This document shows, in pieces, positions 18,126-20,000 of a stretch of DNA of 20,000 nucleotides. Position 1 is the first letter of the stretch; each line of letters starts with the position of its first letter. The stretch is from Candidatus Woesearchaeota archaeon. GTDB lineage: Archaea; Nanobdellota; Nanobdellia; Woesearchaeales; JABGXB01. The DNA is taken from assembly GCA_018675975.1 (NCBI GenBank), contig JABGXB010000002.1:172098-192097 (forward strand). The letters run 5' to 3'. The notes below the pieces were generated by a model that ran no database searches, was not told the origin of the DNA, and was given only the letters and a program-made list of their open reading frames with translations. The position numbers and the translations under genes are program-made.

Positions 18126-19269
18126 AAAATTTTTTTTAATGTATTTAAAAGAAAATAAAATAGAATATGAATTTAAAAATAAAATATATACTGTTAAATT
18201 TAAAAAAGAAGATAAACAAATATATGGAACTGAAATTAAATGTACTTTTGATAAAAAAACATCTGAAGATAATAAAATAAATCTAATTGAAAATGGAAAT
18301 TTTTTATTAGATAATATGATTGAAAAATATAATGAAAAATTATTTTTTTCAAATCTCATAGTCGAAAATCAAAAAGAATTTATTGATGATTTAGATAATA
18401 AAAGAAATGAAATTGGAAAACAAAATCTTTCATTTTCAACAGAAGAAAAAACTGAAGAGTTTGAATATTATTTATATGAAATATTATTAAACTCCACTTC
18501 AGGACGAGAAAAAATAGTAAAATCATTAATTTATAATAAAAATATTTGTGTCGATGCAGATGGAATTGAAATTTCTCATTTAAAAGAAAATAAAGAAGTA
18601 TTGGAAATCAAGTTCCAAGAAGAAGCTGGCGATGAATTAAATAATATCATAAAAAATAAAATCACATTATTTGAAAAAAAACATTTTGAAAAAATAAATG
18701 AATTATCAAAAATAATTGTAGAACATAGTGAAGAAAGATATAAAGAATTACAACAAAAAGAAGATAAAATTCGAAAAGATATTAATAAATTAAGAGAAGA
18801 AATAATTAGAGCAAGTACCTTTAATAAAAAACAAACTTTGACTGACAAACAAAAACAATTACATAAAAAATTAGAAAATTTAATTAATAAAAATAAGACT
18901 AAAAAAGCACAATTAAAAAAAGAACATGATTTTGAACAATTGGCATTAAAGAGTAGAGATTATTCAATTCATGCAAAAATAATCGGAGTGGCAAAAATAA
19001 AAATGCCAATATTTTATACAAAATATTCTGATAAAAGTAAATATGTATATTTCCCTGCATTAAATAAAATTTTTAATTCTAAAGGTCAAAATGTTGAAAG
19101 TGAAAAAGAAATAATTAAAAAAGAAAAAGAAATTAAAAGAGAATTTAAAACTCCAAAAGTAAATTATGAAAAAATAAATCAAAAATTAAATAAAAAAGTT
19201 GAATTTAAAAAAGAAATTACGGTTGAAAAGAAGAAAATTAGTAAACCAAGTATGTCTAATTTTATTTAA
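18106..19269 (+). CDS. Hypothetical coiled-coil protein, probable helicase partner
   Basis: Overlaps the helicase stop and has a long E/K-rich heptad region. The start is ATG 18106 or 18085. Confidence 0.75.
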   Translation: MDLDIIEKFFLMYLKENKIEYEFKNKIYTVKFKKEDKQIYGTEIKCTFDKKTSEDNKINLIENGNFLLDNMIEKYNEKLFFSNLIVENQKEFIDDLDNKRNEIGKQNLSFSTEEKTEEFEYYLYEILLNSTSGREKIVKSLIYNKNICVDADGIEISHLKENKEVLEIKFQEEAGDELNNIIKNKITLFEKKHFEKINELSKIIVEHSEERYKELQQKEDKIRKDINKLREEIIRASTFNKKQTLTDKQKQLHKKLENLINKNKTKKAQLKKEHDFEQLALKSRDYSIHAKIIGVAKIKMPIFYTKYSDKSKYVYFPALNKIFNSKGQNVESEKEIIKKEKEIKREFKTPKVNYEKINQKLNKKVEFKKEITVEKKKISKPSMSNFI

Positions 19270-20000
19270 TCTAAACAAGCTTCAAAACATCGTTTACCAC
19301 TAATACCAATATTTGAATATTCTTCTAATAAATTCCCAATACCTTTTGTATTTTCACAACAAAAACCACCTTTATTTACACAATCACTATTTTCACAACT
19401 TGCGAGAGCTGGTGGTTCATTAGATATTAATGCAATTACATATGAACCTAATTTATTAATTTCAAATTCAGCAATGTTTTTATCTTCATCAAAAACAATT
19501 GGAGAATCAACTTCCTTCCACTCATTCAAACCATCAATAAAAAGCTTAATTCTATCATGCTCCGAATCATCTAAATCAAAATTATATTTTAATTTTAATT
19601 TACCATTAGATAAAAAATTCACATCAAAGGGACGTAAATTAAATATATCACTTTTAAAAATTATTTTTTGTCTTTTATTATTTTTAACACCAACCCATGA
19701 AGAAGTATATTTTGAAATAACTGAATCTAATGAAATTATATTTTCAAGGCCTGAAGCAAAATTAATACTATTCCCTGCAGTTAAAATTAATTCTATTGAA
19801 TTTGACTTACTCGACAAAGTATAATCAGAACTTAAAGTTCCACGTGGAATGGAATATGAAGCTTGATCCGAGTCTATTGTATTTACTTCTGTTTTACCAC
19901 CACGACCTTCAAAATGTAAACCTAATTTTTTATTTACTGGTAAAATTAATATTGTCTCACCACTTAAAAAAATATTACCAGCCCTTAATTGATCAAAATA
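19266..20000 (-). CDS. Partial large surface/extracellular protein with a Cys-rich C-terminus (5' end outside window)
   Basis: The frame is open from 19266 to the window edge (61 more codons above the TTG at 19817). A beta-rich domain is followed by CENSDC...FCC...CFEAC. Confidence 0.75.
   Translation of the reverse strand, partial: YFDQLRAGNIFLSGETILILPVNKKLGLHFEGRGGKTEVNTIDSDQASYSIPRGTLSSDYTLSSKSNSIELILTAGNSINFASGLENIISLDSVISKYTSSWVGVKNNKRQKIIFKSDIFNLRPFDVNFLSNGKLKLKYNFDLDDSEHDRIKLFIDGLNEWKEVDSPIVFDEDKNIAEFEINKLGSYVIALISNEPPALASCENSDCVNKGGFCCENTKGIGNLLEEYSNIGISGKRCFEACLD

Noticed and set aside
13745..19824. Short ORFs 13745-13984, 16789-17028, 18081-18359, 18576-18848 and 19474-19824
   Set aside because: All are antisense to well-supported genes.

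Overview
This is an AT-rich prokaryotic window, most likely from a small-genome archaeon (DPANN/Woesearchaeota-like). That is an inference from BRE/TATA promoters, GGTGA/GGAGG ribosome-binding sites, a tRNA without encoded CCA, and the gene repertoire. The left half holds metabolic, envelope and redox genes: a DUF218/YdcF protein, two DoxX proteins, glutamate dehydrogenase, a PD-(D/E)XK nuclease, a membrane-anchored HTH regulator with its likely target operon, a short RtcB, a kinase, a CuA cupredoxin, a rhodanese and an AstE/AspA-family peptidase. A decayed zone sits at the 3' end of tRNA-Thr(UGU). The right part is accessory-like: a ClpX with a novel N-terminal domain, a TcmP-like methyltransferase coupled to an unknown partner, and an SNF2 helicase with a coiled-coil partner. 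The most notable observation is an unannotated, fully paired, AT-rich tRNA-like cloverleaf at 10095-10162 whose anticodon loop has only 4 nt. It follows a long hairpin and ends just before the SD of the peptidase gene. All family calls come from motif recognition by eye; no searches were run.
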